A stretch of DNA of 63,947 nucleotides, the filler included, from Octopus bimaculoides (lineage: Eukaryota), in assembly GCF_001194135.2 (NCBI RefSeq). It is 4 parts of 3 records of this genome, joined end to end, with 100 filler letters (N's around TTAATTAATTAA, not from the genome) between each part and the next. Parts side by side here need not be neighbours in the genome. Positions count along the whole stretch, not along the records: positions 1 to 30,440 come from NC_068982.1; positions 30,541 to 47,154 come from NC_068991.1; 2 more parts are not named here. The stretch is one strand, 5' to 3'. Below are positions 27,391 to 39,809 of this stretch, in pieces. Every line of letters starts with the position of its first letter. The first letter of the stretch is position 1. A program made the position numbers and the translations under genes. The notes beneath the pieces were generated by a model. The model had not been told where the DNA came from. It made no database searches and saw only the letters and a list, made by a program, of their open reading frames with translations.

Positions 27391-28048
27391 TTAAGCTTAT
27401 CAACCAACCAGCTATTTGCAACTTATAGTTCAAGACATATATTAACTTTGAGTGATAACAGTGACAGTAGACTTCCTAGAACAAGATAAAAGAGACATCA
27501 AGGAACATAAAATAACTCAGTACTTCAGTATTATTGGCAAACAGATTGCAGACACCATTCATATATCAAAATAAAAGACACTGCTGTCAAGGAATTTTTA
27601 TCAATGCCTTTATTGGAACAATTTTAGAGAGCTTCTAAACTGTTTGATACTTGAGGAATTCTCGGTTTTAATAAACCCAATGTTATATAAAAAATGTTAA
27701 AATAAAACAATAATCAGCACTAAATCAGTAAAGAACTAAGAATATTTAGATAGAAATAAAAGGACTATGATTTTCCAAGCATGCAATATGAATATAAAGG
27801 AAAGGCTGACTCTATACAGGATAGAAACAAAGATATTAAAACACTGGCTATAGAAAAATAGAGAGAGATAGGTGGAAAGATAACAGTAGCAAACACGTTG
27901 GCAAAATTGACACTTGAATAAACAATGGTCAAGTTTCAACAAAGGACAGAACCAATAAAGTCAGAAATAAAAGAACTCAAGTTAAGAGTTAAAACCTAAA
28001 AATAAAATGTTCTATGAGGCTTCCTAACAAATCAATCACTGTGTTGTA

Positions 28049-28092
<44 letters not shown>

Positions 28093-29479
28093 AGATGACT
28101 AAAAGCAAGAGGTGTTTTCTTTCTTTTAATAAAAATGGGAAAAATAGGCTTTTCAGATATACATTTCTTCCAAACTACAAGAACATAATCCCAGGATTCA
28201 GGTAAAAATCAGAATTAGCATATAGAATATTGTTTTTATAATTTCATTTAGCAGTTTTTATACCAACCCACCTGAGATCTTCAGTTTTATGATACAAAAC
28301 TGATACTTTTAAAGGGCAGTGGTGAAGGTGATATACCTATGAAGGTGGGGTTCTCCAAACAATAAAAAAGGAGGAACCCCGACAAAAAAAAAAAAACTGA
28401 CACACAGTAAAAGAGACCCTTTTGCCCTGCATTCAAGTGCAAGTAACTAGATAAAATATACTCAGTCCAAGATGCAGATTAGTTCATGATGAGAAGATCA
28501 TCCAGATGGAAGAAACATGACCAAAAAACAAGAATTACACACAACAAAACTGTACAGTTCCCTTTGCTGCTATATTTACAAATACACATAATTTTAAGAA
28601 CTATTTTCATATTCTTTTCCCATGCTCATGTATATATAATTCATGCATAAAACATACAGATACCATTTTCCATCTTATTCATGTCAGGTGAGTAATTCTG
28701 AATCAATATTCCTTTAATGTGTGTGTGTGTGCGTGTGTGTGTGCGTGTGTGTGTGTGTATTGTGTAGCAAAATAATGACACTCCAAGAGCAATCCTGACA
28801 GTGAAATGCCTGACAGCTTCAAGCACTTGGATTGTATCAGCTGTGCACAACTTCTATTCAAAGCTATAAAAGCATCATCATCGTTCAACACTAACAAAAG
28901 TGGCTAAAAGGCTGGATTTTTGTTTTTGCTCCTTTTTAAGGCAAGTTTGCAGTTCTGAACAAAAATATTATCAGTTACATGTTGCCTATGTGCAAATCAC
29001 ATTATATGATATTATCATCATCATCAGCATCATCACCACTTTAATATTTACTTTTCCATGCTGGCATGGGTCAGACAAACTTCATTGAGGCAGATTTTCT
29101 ACAGCTGGATGTCCTTCATCTTACCAACCCTCACATGCTTCCAAGCAACATAAGATTTTCCCCGACAGCCAAGCATGTTTTCATGGAAAATTGGAAACAA
29201 CGATACTGCACACACACACTCACATACACACACATACATATACACACACACACATACATACATACATACATACAGATAGATAGATAGATAGATAGATATA
29301 TAGAGACATACACCCATATATATTGATATATATTTATACACATATACATAGACAGATGTGTATGTGTGTGTATATATGTGTGTGTATGTATAAGAATATA
29401 CAAATAATAACAACAGACGAGGACAGGTGGTGTAAATAACAAAAGTATATATTAGTATGACACTCGGGAATACGGAAAG

Positions 29480-29516
29480 TCTTTGACGTTTCGAGCTACG
29501 CTCTTCAACAGAAAGA
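29480..29516 (-). ncRNA. Minimal type-I hammerhead-ribozyme-like motif, degenerate core (copy 1)
   Basis: TCTTT-CTGTTGA-A-GAGC-GTA-GCTC-GAAA-CGTC-AAAGA: 5-bp stem I, 4-bp stem II, palindromic ACGT stem III, GUC cleavage triplet. One substitution in the CUGANGA core. Confidence 0.6.
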
Positions 29517-29520
29517 ATAC

Positions 29521-29600
29521 GGAGACAAGGAGAAAAACACGGAGACAAGGAGAAAAACACGGAGACAAGGAGAAAAACACGGAGACAAGGAGAAAAACAC
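29521..29600 (+). repeat. Perfect 20-bp tandem repeat x4 (GGAGACAAGGAGAAAAACAC)
   Basis: Read directly; there are no spacers between units. Confidence 0.97.
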
Positions 29601-30394
29601 TGAGAAAAAAAAAATTGTGTGTATGTATATATAGATCTACATAAATATCTATACACACACACACACACACACATTTATATATATATTTATACAGAGACAG
29701 ATATGTTTGCTTGTGTGTGTGTGTGTGTGTATAGATATACACACAGACACACACATTTACACACACATATACATATACAAAATGATAAAAATCTGATAGT
29801 GACATACATGCATGCCTGCATATGTGCATGCATGTAAACATACATATATACATACATGTTCATTCGTTCAAAGTTCATTTTTCTGTGTGGACAAAGGTCT
29901 GGATGAAGATTTATTTCAGACAGAACTTGACAGTCTGATGCTTTTCCCATCGTTGACCTTTACCTGTCTTTCAAATGAAGGGAGATCTTTATCTCACAAC
30001 GCTTTGAAAGCACAGAACAACTGATCATAATATCAACAAGGAATGTCAACAATAGCACCACTTCACTCTAGCAGTGATAAGCATGTAATATATAAACATT
30101 AGCTGACCACGTGCCCGTCAATAATGAAAGTTAATTGTGGTATTTTATATATATATAAGGTACATAACAATCACACATAAAAACATCACATACTTCCCTT
30201 GTACATATACACACATATACTCAGAGTTGAAACGCTGATTTTTTTCACCCTTCCTTATTCATCTATCACCCCTTCCTTCCTCTCATTGCTATTACTTTCT
30301 CTCACTCCCTCTCAGTTAGGGCTATTACTCTCACTACTTCTCCTTCACTGAATTACTATTTTCTGTTCTCCTCCACATCCGGCATGATTCTGGA

Positions 30395-30440
<46 letters not shown>

Positions 30441-30540
30441 NNNNNNNNNNNNNNNNNNNNNNNNNNNNNNNNNNNNNNNNNNNNTTAATTAATTAANNNN
30501 NNNNNNNNNNNNNNNNNNNNNNNNNNNNNNNNNNNNNNNN
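30441..30540. other. Artificial 100-nt assembly join (44 N + TTAATTAATTAA + 44 N)
   Basis: An identical construct occurs at three places; the 12-mer gives TAA stops in all six frames. Confidence 0.95.
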
Positions 30541-30579
<39 letters not shown>

Positions 30580-30580
<1 letters not shown>

Positions 30581-30790
30581 GGCGAACTGGAAGAATCGTT
30601 AGAGCACTGGACGAAATGCTTAGTGGTATTTCGCCTATCGCTACGTTCTGAGTTCAAATTTCGCCGAGGTCGACTTTGCCTTTCATCCTTTCGAGGTCGA
30701 TAAAATAAGTACCAGTTGAGTACTGGGGTCGATGTAATCGACTCATCCCCTCCTCCAAAGTTGCTGCCCTTGTGGAAAAATATGAAACTA
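30580..30790 (+). mobile_element. tRNA-derived SINE family B with a Deu/Nin-like central domain. Other copies at about 4248-4462, 6190-6390, 9165-9360, 9398-9625, 30855-31130, 34555-34665, 40330-40600, 40740-40910 and 48360-48510 (minus)
   Basis: Repeated core GACTTTGCCTTTCATCCTTTCG(A/G)GGTCGATAAAATAAGTACCAG. The Deu/Nin label is recalled and needs a Dfam/Repbase check. Confidence 0.85.
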
Positions 30791-31159
30791 TCATCATCAT
30801 CATTATTATTATTATTATTATCATTATTATTATCATTATTATCATTATTATTAGGGCAGCAAAGTGGCAGAAAAAAATGATTTGCGGTATTTCTTTTAAC
30901 GTAGCTCAAATTCTGCAAGGATCAACTCTGTCTTTTGTCTGTCAGGGGTCGATAAAATATTGTACTCGTCATGTATTGGAGTCGATGATATCGACTAACC
31001 CCTCGCCTCAAAATTGCTGACCTTGTGCAAAATTTGAAGCCTTTAGTACGTTGGGTCAAATTCCGCTTAAGTCAATTTTGCCTTTTATCTTTTCGGGGTC
31101 GTTGAAATGAGTACCAGTTGAGTACTGGGATCAAAGTTAGCTGCCATATGTATTAACAA

Positions 31160-32710
31160 ACAAAAAGCTCAAAGAATGGCGACAATAACGTACACCTCCC
31201 AGAATTTAATTATAATCCATCTTTGTATAGGTAGGAGGTTAAATTGAATTCGAGTTAAGAACGTGTAGGCTCACAGAGATCCGACAAGAGCTTTAACAAT
31301 ATTAGAGGAGCATGCGGAAATTGTAGAGGTGAAGTCTACTCATCACCTTAAGAGAACTGGGATTCTTATAGACAACAACCTTCACACCATCATCACAACA
31401 AAAACTTCAACTCTTACAAGCACATTCACAACCACAAATTCACAAGAAATCACGGAAATAAAAAACAAACACTCGAATGACAACATGATCCACTGTCACA
31501 CGTTCACGTACATCCTTTGTCAATCTCACAGTTGTTCAGTAGAGCAATATCGATTTGATTGAAGAAGTAATCAACAACAAAAAATATTCTGACGAGCGGG
31601 AGTGTTTCGCCGAAGTTCTCCCACAAAACATCCTGAGAATGGGTGCTTATACAGACTGATTCCGAGACTTATCTTGTCCTAAAAGAAAAATACCTTCAGG
31701 ACACCGGAGAGCTTAGTAAAAGCATACAAGAGCTTTTCCCCACTTCCCCCTCAGCCAAAAAGAAGGCGGGTTCAACAGGCATCCCCGAGTACTTCTTTCT
31801 CTGACCTAAATGTCTAGAATGAAAGTAGATTGTGTAAATGTTCTGATCTTGAGTTCGATTTGGAAGCAAGGTCACATACTCAGCGATCTAAAGTTGCTAG
31901 ATATAGATGTAGCAGTCTTTAGCAAGACAAGGATTTCTGAAGCACAATCCCTGACATACAATTTCGACAATTACAAGGTTTTCTCATCTCGCAGTCTGTC
32001 GGGTTTGAGTGGTAGATTGGCAGAGTTGTTCTGGAAATCCTTGAACCTTAAATACAAGCAATCTTCCTGAACCCAAGAGATAAGTTGGTCGTTCTGGACA
32101 TGAATGGCAGGGAAGGTGGTGTTTGCAGACTGGTGGCGTCTATGCTTCGACTGGGATAGGTCGGCTTAATTTCTTCAGGCGTCTAGAAACTTTCCTCAGA
32201 AAGTTGCACTCTTTTATGCTTCGGGATTGGAATTGTTTTTAGACGCACGGAATGACTGTAGGGTTAGAACACAGAAGATGGGGGTGCGGAAGCCTCGAAA
32301 ACCTGCTTAGAAGTTTTCATCTCTCTGACAGGTAATGGCTGGATTTCTCTGATGTGCCTGTGTGGATATGGAACAACCACAGGGTGTCGTCCCAATCGTA
32401 TCTATATAGAGTATTTGTTTGGCCAGTAGATAGGAATAGTGTAGGATGTCCATATTTCAAACTGGTGGGCTACACAGACCACGAATTCGCGATCTGTTCA
32501 GTCGGTTTCAATAGAGCCCGTAGACAGATACTCGGTTATTGGAAGTTGAACGCGTCCCTACTGGCATGCAAAGACCAGATTAGTAAACTGGTTAAGCGGC
32601 AGGTGACAGGGGAAATCGCCAACGAACGGTGGTGGGGAATTCTGAAGAAGCGATTAAAGCAGCATCGATAGCATTTAGTAAAAAGCTAGCAACAGAAAGA
32701 AAGAAGTAGA
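31160..32710 (+). mobile_element. L1/Tx1-clade LINE, 5' part (ORF1 remnant plus APE endonuclease), 3'-truncated
   Basis: DIDVAVFSKTR, DWNCFLD, YTDHEFAIC, GYWKLNASLL (Tx1/L1 endonuclease C-terminal motif). The 5' boundary is uncertain. Confidence 0.8.
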
Positions 32711-32788
32711 AAAACGTAAATAAAACAACACCAGTTGCCACGTGGTGGTGGGAGACAAACAACATAAACACACACACACACACATGTA

Positions 32789-32832
<44 letters not shown>

Positions 32833-33082
32833 NNNNNNNNNNNNNNNNNNNNNNNNNNNNNNNNNNNNNNNNNNNNNNNNNNNNNNNNNNNNNNNNNNNN
32901 NNNNNNNNNNNNNNNNNNNNNNNNNNNNNNNNNNNNNNNNNNNNNNNNNNNNNNNNNNNNNNNNNNNNNNNNNNNNNNNNNNNNNNNNNNNNNNNNNNNN
33001 NNNNNNNNNNNNNNNNNNNNNNNNNNNNNNNNNNNNNNNNNNNNNNNNNNNNNNNNNNNNNNNNNNNNNNNNNNNNNNNNNN

Positions 33083-33127
<45 letters not shown>

Positions 33128-33175
33128 GATACACAAAAGGATGAAAAGAAAACCTTAAAACTAATGGATAATTAC

Positions 33176-33334
33176 CTCTTTTGCTTTTCCAACCACAAAT
33201 TTTGGTACAACGAACTTTTCCAGTCTTTTGACAGCGACAAGAACTGCATCCATCAATAGTGATGAAGACGGAATTAACACTATAACATGCATTTTCAGAC
33301 TTGCACATTACTGTTACTGATACTTTCGATTGTA
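33176..33334 (-). CDS. Internal coding exon C (159 nt, phase 1-1) of the same VWC/pacifastin-like gene
   Basis: Acceptor tttaatttctattttcag and donor G|GTAATT. Encodes VQSKVSVTVMCKSENACYSVNSVFITIDGCSSCRCQKTGKVRCTKICGWKSKR. In frame with exon B. Confidence 0.87.
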
Positions 33335-33912
33335 CTGAAAATAGAAATTAAAACATTTATTTAGTTTGTACTCAATCGTAGATGAAGTGATGGCAATTAC
33401 TAAAATGTCTCAAATTAGGTTCATATAGAAACCTTTGATTTTGAGGAAGATTTTAATTTGTCTTATGCAATCTATTCCTTCAAGTAATATAGTATACTAG
33501 ACTACCTTTGACCAGTTCGGTCACCTGGAAAGTCTGAGTTTCCCAGCAACGGAACTTTGTTTCGTGTTTTTTTTTTCTTTTCTGGGTTATTTCGCATGCT
33601 TTCAACGAATGTGACATCGAAATCACGTGTAAATAGCTCTTTTCCTCAGAAGAGGAAAGATCTGACTGCTATTTCTTGCATGCCCTGCTATCACGTAACA
33701 AGTATTTCGGGTCCTTTTTAGCAAAAAGCTGTTACGTAGTAGCAGAGCGTGCTAGAAAAGCAGCCAAATCTTTGGAACTGAGATATGTTGAATGCACTCG
33801 AAAAAATTTTTGTAATGGTATTCCTTTGGGACAATCTTTCGCTTTGACTCTCAGAACTGTCATCAAGATCAGCTGGTTTTGTTCGTTAATTTCCGTAAAA
33901 ATCTTTTATTTA

Positions 33913-34933
33913 CCGTAAACCATCGAATATAGTCCGCCCTTGAGTATAATACGCAGGGGATTTTTAGGGGGCTGTATCTCTGAAAAACCTAAACCTTGTG
34001 TATAATACGCATTCCTTCTCTAACTTGAATCAAGGAGGTTTATATAACGTCCTTGGTTTGTAAATATATATATGGTAAAGTCCTTTATTATTATTGTATA
34101 TATAACATAATGCAAACGTGTAGCCTTTTTATACATTTTGTTTGTAGAAATTAAAGAAATAACAGTAATAACGTCTGCCAAAAATAAATATTAAGTAAAT
34201 TGCCTTTCACATATTTATCACTATCAGTTACAAAAGCAAAAGCAAAAACATTTATTCAAATCCTTCAAATTCAACGTCACTTTCAGCATCAAATAACTGT
34301 TCCATTTGTTCCTCCGTAAACATGCCAGCATCATTGTAGTGTAAATCTCCGTCATCGTCAGATTCATAGTCAACATCAGAAGATTCACTTTTATTTNNNN
34401 NNNNNNNNNNNNNNNNNNNNNNNNNNNNNNNNNNNNNNNNNNNNNNNNNNNNNNNNNNNNNNNNNNNNNNNNNNNNNNNNNNNNNNNNNNNNNNNNNNNN
34501 NNNNNNNNNNNNNNNNNNNNNNNNNNNNNNNNNNNNNNNNNNNNNNNNNNNNNGATAAATTAAGTACCAGTTACGCACTGGGGTCGATATAATCGACTTA
34601 ATCCGTTTGTCTGTCCTTGTTTGTCCCCTCTGTGTGTGGCCCCTTGTGGGCAGTAAAGAAATAGATATACAACACTTTTATTTTAATAAATGTTGCTTAC
34701 TGCAAGTTATGGATGATTCTTTTATGACTTCATTGCTTTCAGGCTTAGCTTAAGGTATTTTCGCCCCCGACATCACAAAATGTGGCTGAATAAACATTGC
34801 CGGACAGCAAATAAAGACTCGGACATTGCTTAGAAAATATTTTTCATTTTTAACCTCGTATATAGTACGCACTAGGGATTTTGACCTTCAAATTTTGGGA
34901 AAAAAAATGCGGATTATACTCGAGGATTTACGG
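33913..34933 (-). mobile_element. Internally deleted pogo/Tc2-like DNA transposon (MITE-like) in the intron between exons B and C
   Basis: TIRs CCGTAAACCATCGAATATAGTCCGC and the reverse complement CCGTAAATCCTCGAGTATAATCCGC, with TA on both sides. Retains an acidic transposase-like C-terminus (...EQLFDAESDVEFEGFE*). Contains a gap and a nested SINE. Confidence 0.75.
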
Positions 34934-35025
34934 TATTTACTTTTGTTTTAAAGTGAAATAGACGAGAAACTGAAAATGTATGAACGTCTATATGAAATGG
35001 ACGTGTGTGTATGTGTGTGTGTGTG

Positions 35026-35109
<84 letters not shown>

Positions 35110-36479
35110 CGAGAGAGCGAGAGAGAGAGAGCCACTTACGTATACATGAGAACACACACGTTCACTCACTCTCTCACACACATGCACACGTACATACCAA
35201 AAAAAATGTACACATATGTATTGATGCATGTACGTATACATGACAACACACCTCTTTACTCTCTCTCTCTTTTCTCGCTCTCTTCCTCTCTCTCACTCTT
35301 TCACACACACACACATCCATTTCATATACACGTACATCTTTCACTTTCTCCTCTCTTTCACTTTAAAACAAATATAAATAATAAAAAAAATTACGTAAAT
35401 AACGAACTCCGGATGATAAGCGAAAGATCGCCATTCACTTGAAAATGATTAAAGAAAAACATAAAAATACTGTCTGTTTAAAGAAAGCTAAAATATAAAT
35501 ACTTACTGTACAAACAATTTACATTTTTGAAATCATATTCAGTTAAAAATATTTCTAAATGATTAAAATATTGTGCACGTCAAAAAGTTGACGTTTTTCT
35601 CCCTTTGTGAGTGCGAAGACTATGTGTGTGTATATGTCACAGATAGCGGACGCATGTTTGTGTTGATTGACACGCCATGACATTCATTATATGTGTGTGT
35701 ATTATTCTGTATGTGTGTATGTGTGTTGACGTCATGCAAACGATGTTTTTGTTTTCATCAAGAAATTATAAACAAAAATTGTGTTTAATCGTTTTTCTTA
35801 ATAAATAGAGTCCCAAATATCACAAATATTTGTACTTCACTGCCGAAGGTAAGTATGAAAATAAATATGCAAAAACGAATTAAGATAGAATATACTATTT
35901 CTGAGATATTTCAGGTATACACAAACATCTCTAGAGTATATTTCACATTAATTTGTCTGTTGTTACCCAAGATGCCATATCACACTCGATCAAAATCCCA
36001 ACTGTTTTGAAATGTTGCCTTTATAATGTCTCATATGCCTCGCCTCTTTAATTTGGTACCCTAACAAACTGTCTAGAAAAAGAAGACAGAAGAAAAGCTA
36101 GACCGAATCAAACTCGTTAAAAACCAAGGAAAATGATTGATTTAATGAATAATCTGGAGCTGAAAATAAGCTGAAAGTTAAGAAAAACATCTTAAGAATA
36201 ATGTAATCAATATTGACAGTTAGCGTCGCATAAACTATCAAGTCTTGGGATAATGATATTTCTATTTTTGAAAGCAACCGATGCTGCTGAGTAAATCAAA
36301 AGAAAATAGAATGAAAGTATATAAAGAAAGTAAAGCGAAGAAATCTGTTATAGATTAGAACATCTCAGAAATTTTTCAACCGTCGACAACCTGGGCCATA
36401 CTTTACTTAACAGCATCACTTGACCATTTATTATGGTTTTAATTAGGAAGAGGGTCAGTATCCATTGCGGTTGTATCTG

Positions 36480-36960
36480 TAGGGAAAACATCATCAAGAG
36501 GAAATTTCAACTAGCTGATACTTTGCGAAGGAAGGACTGAGAAACGTGGTTGTAAAATCTTGAGGGACGACACAGTATAGGGATGAGAAGGGAGGCAAGC
36601 TTGCAGGTTGTGTGTAAGTAGTTAGTTTAAAGGTAGAAAGGTCACTGCAATAGCAAAATAAGCGGAAAAGAGAGGAGACAGCATGTCTTGAAATATTTTA
36701 GTGTGTTGATGAATGTAGTCAATGAGTACGACGCTCTTCTTTAGGATGTAGTCTATAATGATGATGTGAACTGCAGCATTCACGATATCGGAATAGTATT
36801 CCAGTGTGGATTTTACTTGAGCTTTGTAAAAGATCCGCAACTGGGCTTCAGTCTTATTTATAATAGGAGTGTCAAATTCGTTTGGCTTTGCGGGTAGGAT
36901 TGAAGCATAAACTAGATCTTGTGAGTCGGATAGGAACAATTATTCCTAAAAGCATTAATC
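36480..36960 (-). mobile_element. CR1/Jockey-group LINE 3' fragment
   Basis: LRIFYKAQVKSTLEYYSDI and SFLRKVSASWNFL..DVFP resemble post-RT motifs of this group. Confidence 0.6.
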
Positions 36961-37864
36961 ATAATGTAGGCTAAGATAATAGATAAAGTGGATCAGTATA
37001 CATTAAAACAACTTTATCAGCAACAAAGGACAGAAGATGAAACGTTTAACATAATTTATGTGCAGAAATGAGTGGAAAAACTCATCCGCATAGTATATAC
37101 ACAGTCCTTGGTGTGAGAATGGAGATAAAAATTGTGCAAATGAATGCATATGTTTCATAAGAAAGCTAGATAGTTCTTAATAAAGATGTTTCAGTTGCAA
37201 ACTCTTTCAATATCATTCATATAACTGGGATTTATTTGGATGGACACGTACGTATTCATCGAAATAGATTCCATTTATTATATAAATATATTATATTATA
37301 AAATCCATTTAATTTGGCATGTATATGCAAGCGAAGAGGAAATAGGTCACATCATCTAATGTATTGAATCATAAACTTCTTTTTCATTGGTTGGGATAAC
37401 AAAAGATTCTTTGAGGTTCACTCATTTTAGCCGTGTTAGTCACGACTCTAGTCTAGCTCCAACTCTAAACCCATGCTTGTGATATGTATTTTACAGAATA
37501 TTTTAAAATTGAAACAATAATTTAAAAAAAATATGAAATTGAGCCGGACCAGACGAAACATTGTCGCGTCCAGTATGTTTGACTTTCCTGATCTTTGCTA
37601 TATATGTAGGTCACCAGAAAATGTCATCAGCAATTATCAGGGGTAGCATTTACAGTACTTTGATTGCATGATGTCCAAAGACTAGAGAGGGTGGGGTACA
37701 AGATTACTTCCTCGAACTGAGTAGTGACTGAATCAGTATCTGTGTGATGTTCAAAGAAACGAGAGTGACGTATCCCGCTGGAGGATGTTTCTGCGGCCTC
37801 TGTTTATGAATGCAGTCAAGATTGGTGGTGTGAGGTTAGTTCTTATTTTATACTCACTTATGCG

Positions 37865-37912
<48 letters not shown>

Positions 37913-37943
37913 TTGATATTACAGTCAAAATAGATCAACAAAC

Positions 37944-38126
37944 CTGAGTCATCGCAGGAGTTTTTCTTACATTCCATTGACTTCTTAGACCTGCAAATAC
38001 AGCGAACGCAGCCATCTTCGGAAGTGTACGTAGATCCAAGGTTATACAGGCGGCCCTTATAGAAGCACATATTCAGAAACAATTCTGTCTTTAATGGAAA
38101 CGGTGGGAGTGTTGGTTTATGCATCT
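37944..38126 (-). CDS. Internal coding exon B (183 nt, phase 1-1) of the same VWC/pacifastin-like gene
   Basis: Acceptor tttttcaaaaacag and donor G|GTTTGT. Encodes EMHKPTLPPFPLKTELFLNMCFYKGRLYNLGSTYTSEDGCVRCICRSKKSMECKKNSCDDS, with the same C-x18-C spacing and DGC motif. In frame with exon A. Confidence 0.85.
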
Positions 38127-39809
38127 CTGTTTTTGAAAAATGATGTTTGAATTAGCTTAATCACAATAAAAACATACTTATTTATATATCTGCAAAATAA
38201 TATGTGACAATTATTCGGTAGCCATGATAAAACTTCGAGTTTCGGATGTCGGGGCGGAAATCCACGCCATCATCTCTTCAGTTCTTTTTTTCTTTTTTTC
38301 TTTCGATGGCCAGATAACTAACGGTCTCGTCTCGATCCCGCCTCGTTTTGTTATGTTTTGGTCCTGTAGTGAATCTTGCAAGCATGAAGTGGATTCGATC
38401 CACCTTGGCCAAATTTAAATTAACAGTTCAACCGAACTTTTCTCACGGTGGAACAATGGTTTTTCTCTGACAGTAGTTTTACATTTGCCAGATTGCTTTT
38501 AGCTAGGCCGAAATAATGTCTTCACCACTTGACCCTTATAACCTCTTCTACTTCACCAAAAGCTAGAATAGAGATATCACAGTACCACCAACGAAGCCCA
38601 CTGTTCTCAACGACATGTCTTTCCTTCTGGATAGTTATAAAAGCAAGAACCCCCAAGCAAAAACCAAGTAGTCACTTGGTGACAACTGAACGAGGCGGCT
38701 CATGACAACTCAATTAGTTAGGGAACGGACTACTAGAATCATGATCACAAGGAAAGCAGCTACTAAAGACAATGGTCAGCGAGAGAAATGAACTTTACAG
38801 TCAGCAACTGTGAGACAACGTCCCACAACTCTACAACTTCCACTAGCTCTAATTCTGTTCTCTTACAACATCGTTTTATCGCTATCTGTGGATTACTACT
38901 AACAACGTGTACACAAAACTATACAAAGAAAAATTCTACTACATCTAACTTTCTTTCGCATGCCCTCGGAGGTAAGGTATTTTTCAACGTAACGGTAAAT
39001 AAATACTTTCTTAAAACTTCATGCATTGTTCATCTTTCACATCCTACAACATGCAATTATAACAACAAATTTTTTTATCGTTACATCTGCTGACTCCGAC
39101 ATTTCATATTATTGTGTACCTAATCAATCTTACCCGTTACAATTGGTAACCACACTAATTAAAACTTACCAGTTACAGTCCCATTCCCGGCAAGTTTCTT
39201 GCTGGTACCTCCAGAGTGGAAGCAATATTATCGATAATGGCTGAAATTGCATTTAACCCTCTAGCCAATAACTGATGAAGAATTGGCGACCTGCTGTGTT
39301 TTCTGTTCGCTTGTGTATTTAGTATACGTTCGTTTGTTTATTTATTACACATTTTTTTTTTAATTTGCAGGCGTGGCTGTGTGGTAAGTAGCTTGCTTAC
39401 CCACCATATGGTTCGGGTTCAGTCCCACTGCGTGGAACCTTGGGCGAATGTCTTCTACTCGGGCCTCGGGCCGAACAAAGCCTTATGAGTGGATTTGGTA
39501 GACGGAAACTGAAAGAAGTCCGTCGTATATATATGTGTGTGTGAAAAGTTAAAAAAATTACACATTTCATCAGCACTATCTCCTCTCCATTCTAAAAATG
39601 TATTGGAGTTTAACGATGAGTTAATAATTGTGCTCTTAAATACTCTAGATATATTTTATGATGTTTATTCATCAGTTCAGTATATAGTATGTTTATACTC
39701 ATGTCTATGTACGAATATATATGTAAATAATTATATATGTATGTAAAATGAGGCTTTGTGGTAGGTCAGGCGAATCAAATATTCGAAATGCTATCGTAGA
39801 GTTACTAAC

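Noticed and set aside
27470-27720. Penelope GIY-YIG remnant
   Set aside because: Only a faint TRIKEH-like resemblance that needs several indels; too weak to call.
29521-29600. CRISPR-like array
   Set aside because: The 20-bp units are directly adjacent with no unique spacers, the context is eukaryotic, and there are no cas genes.
39270-39300. Third hammerhead (CTGATGAAG)
   Set aside because: No stem II or GAAAC follows.
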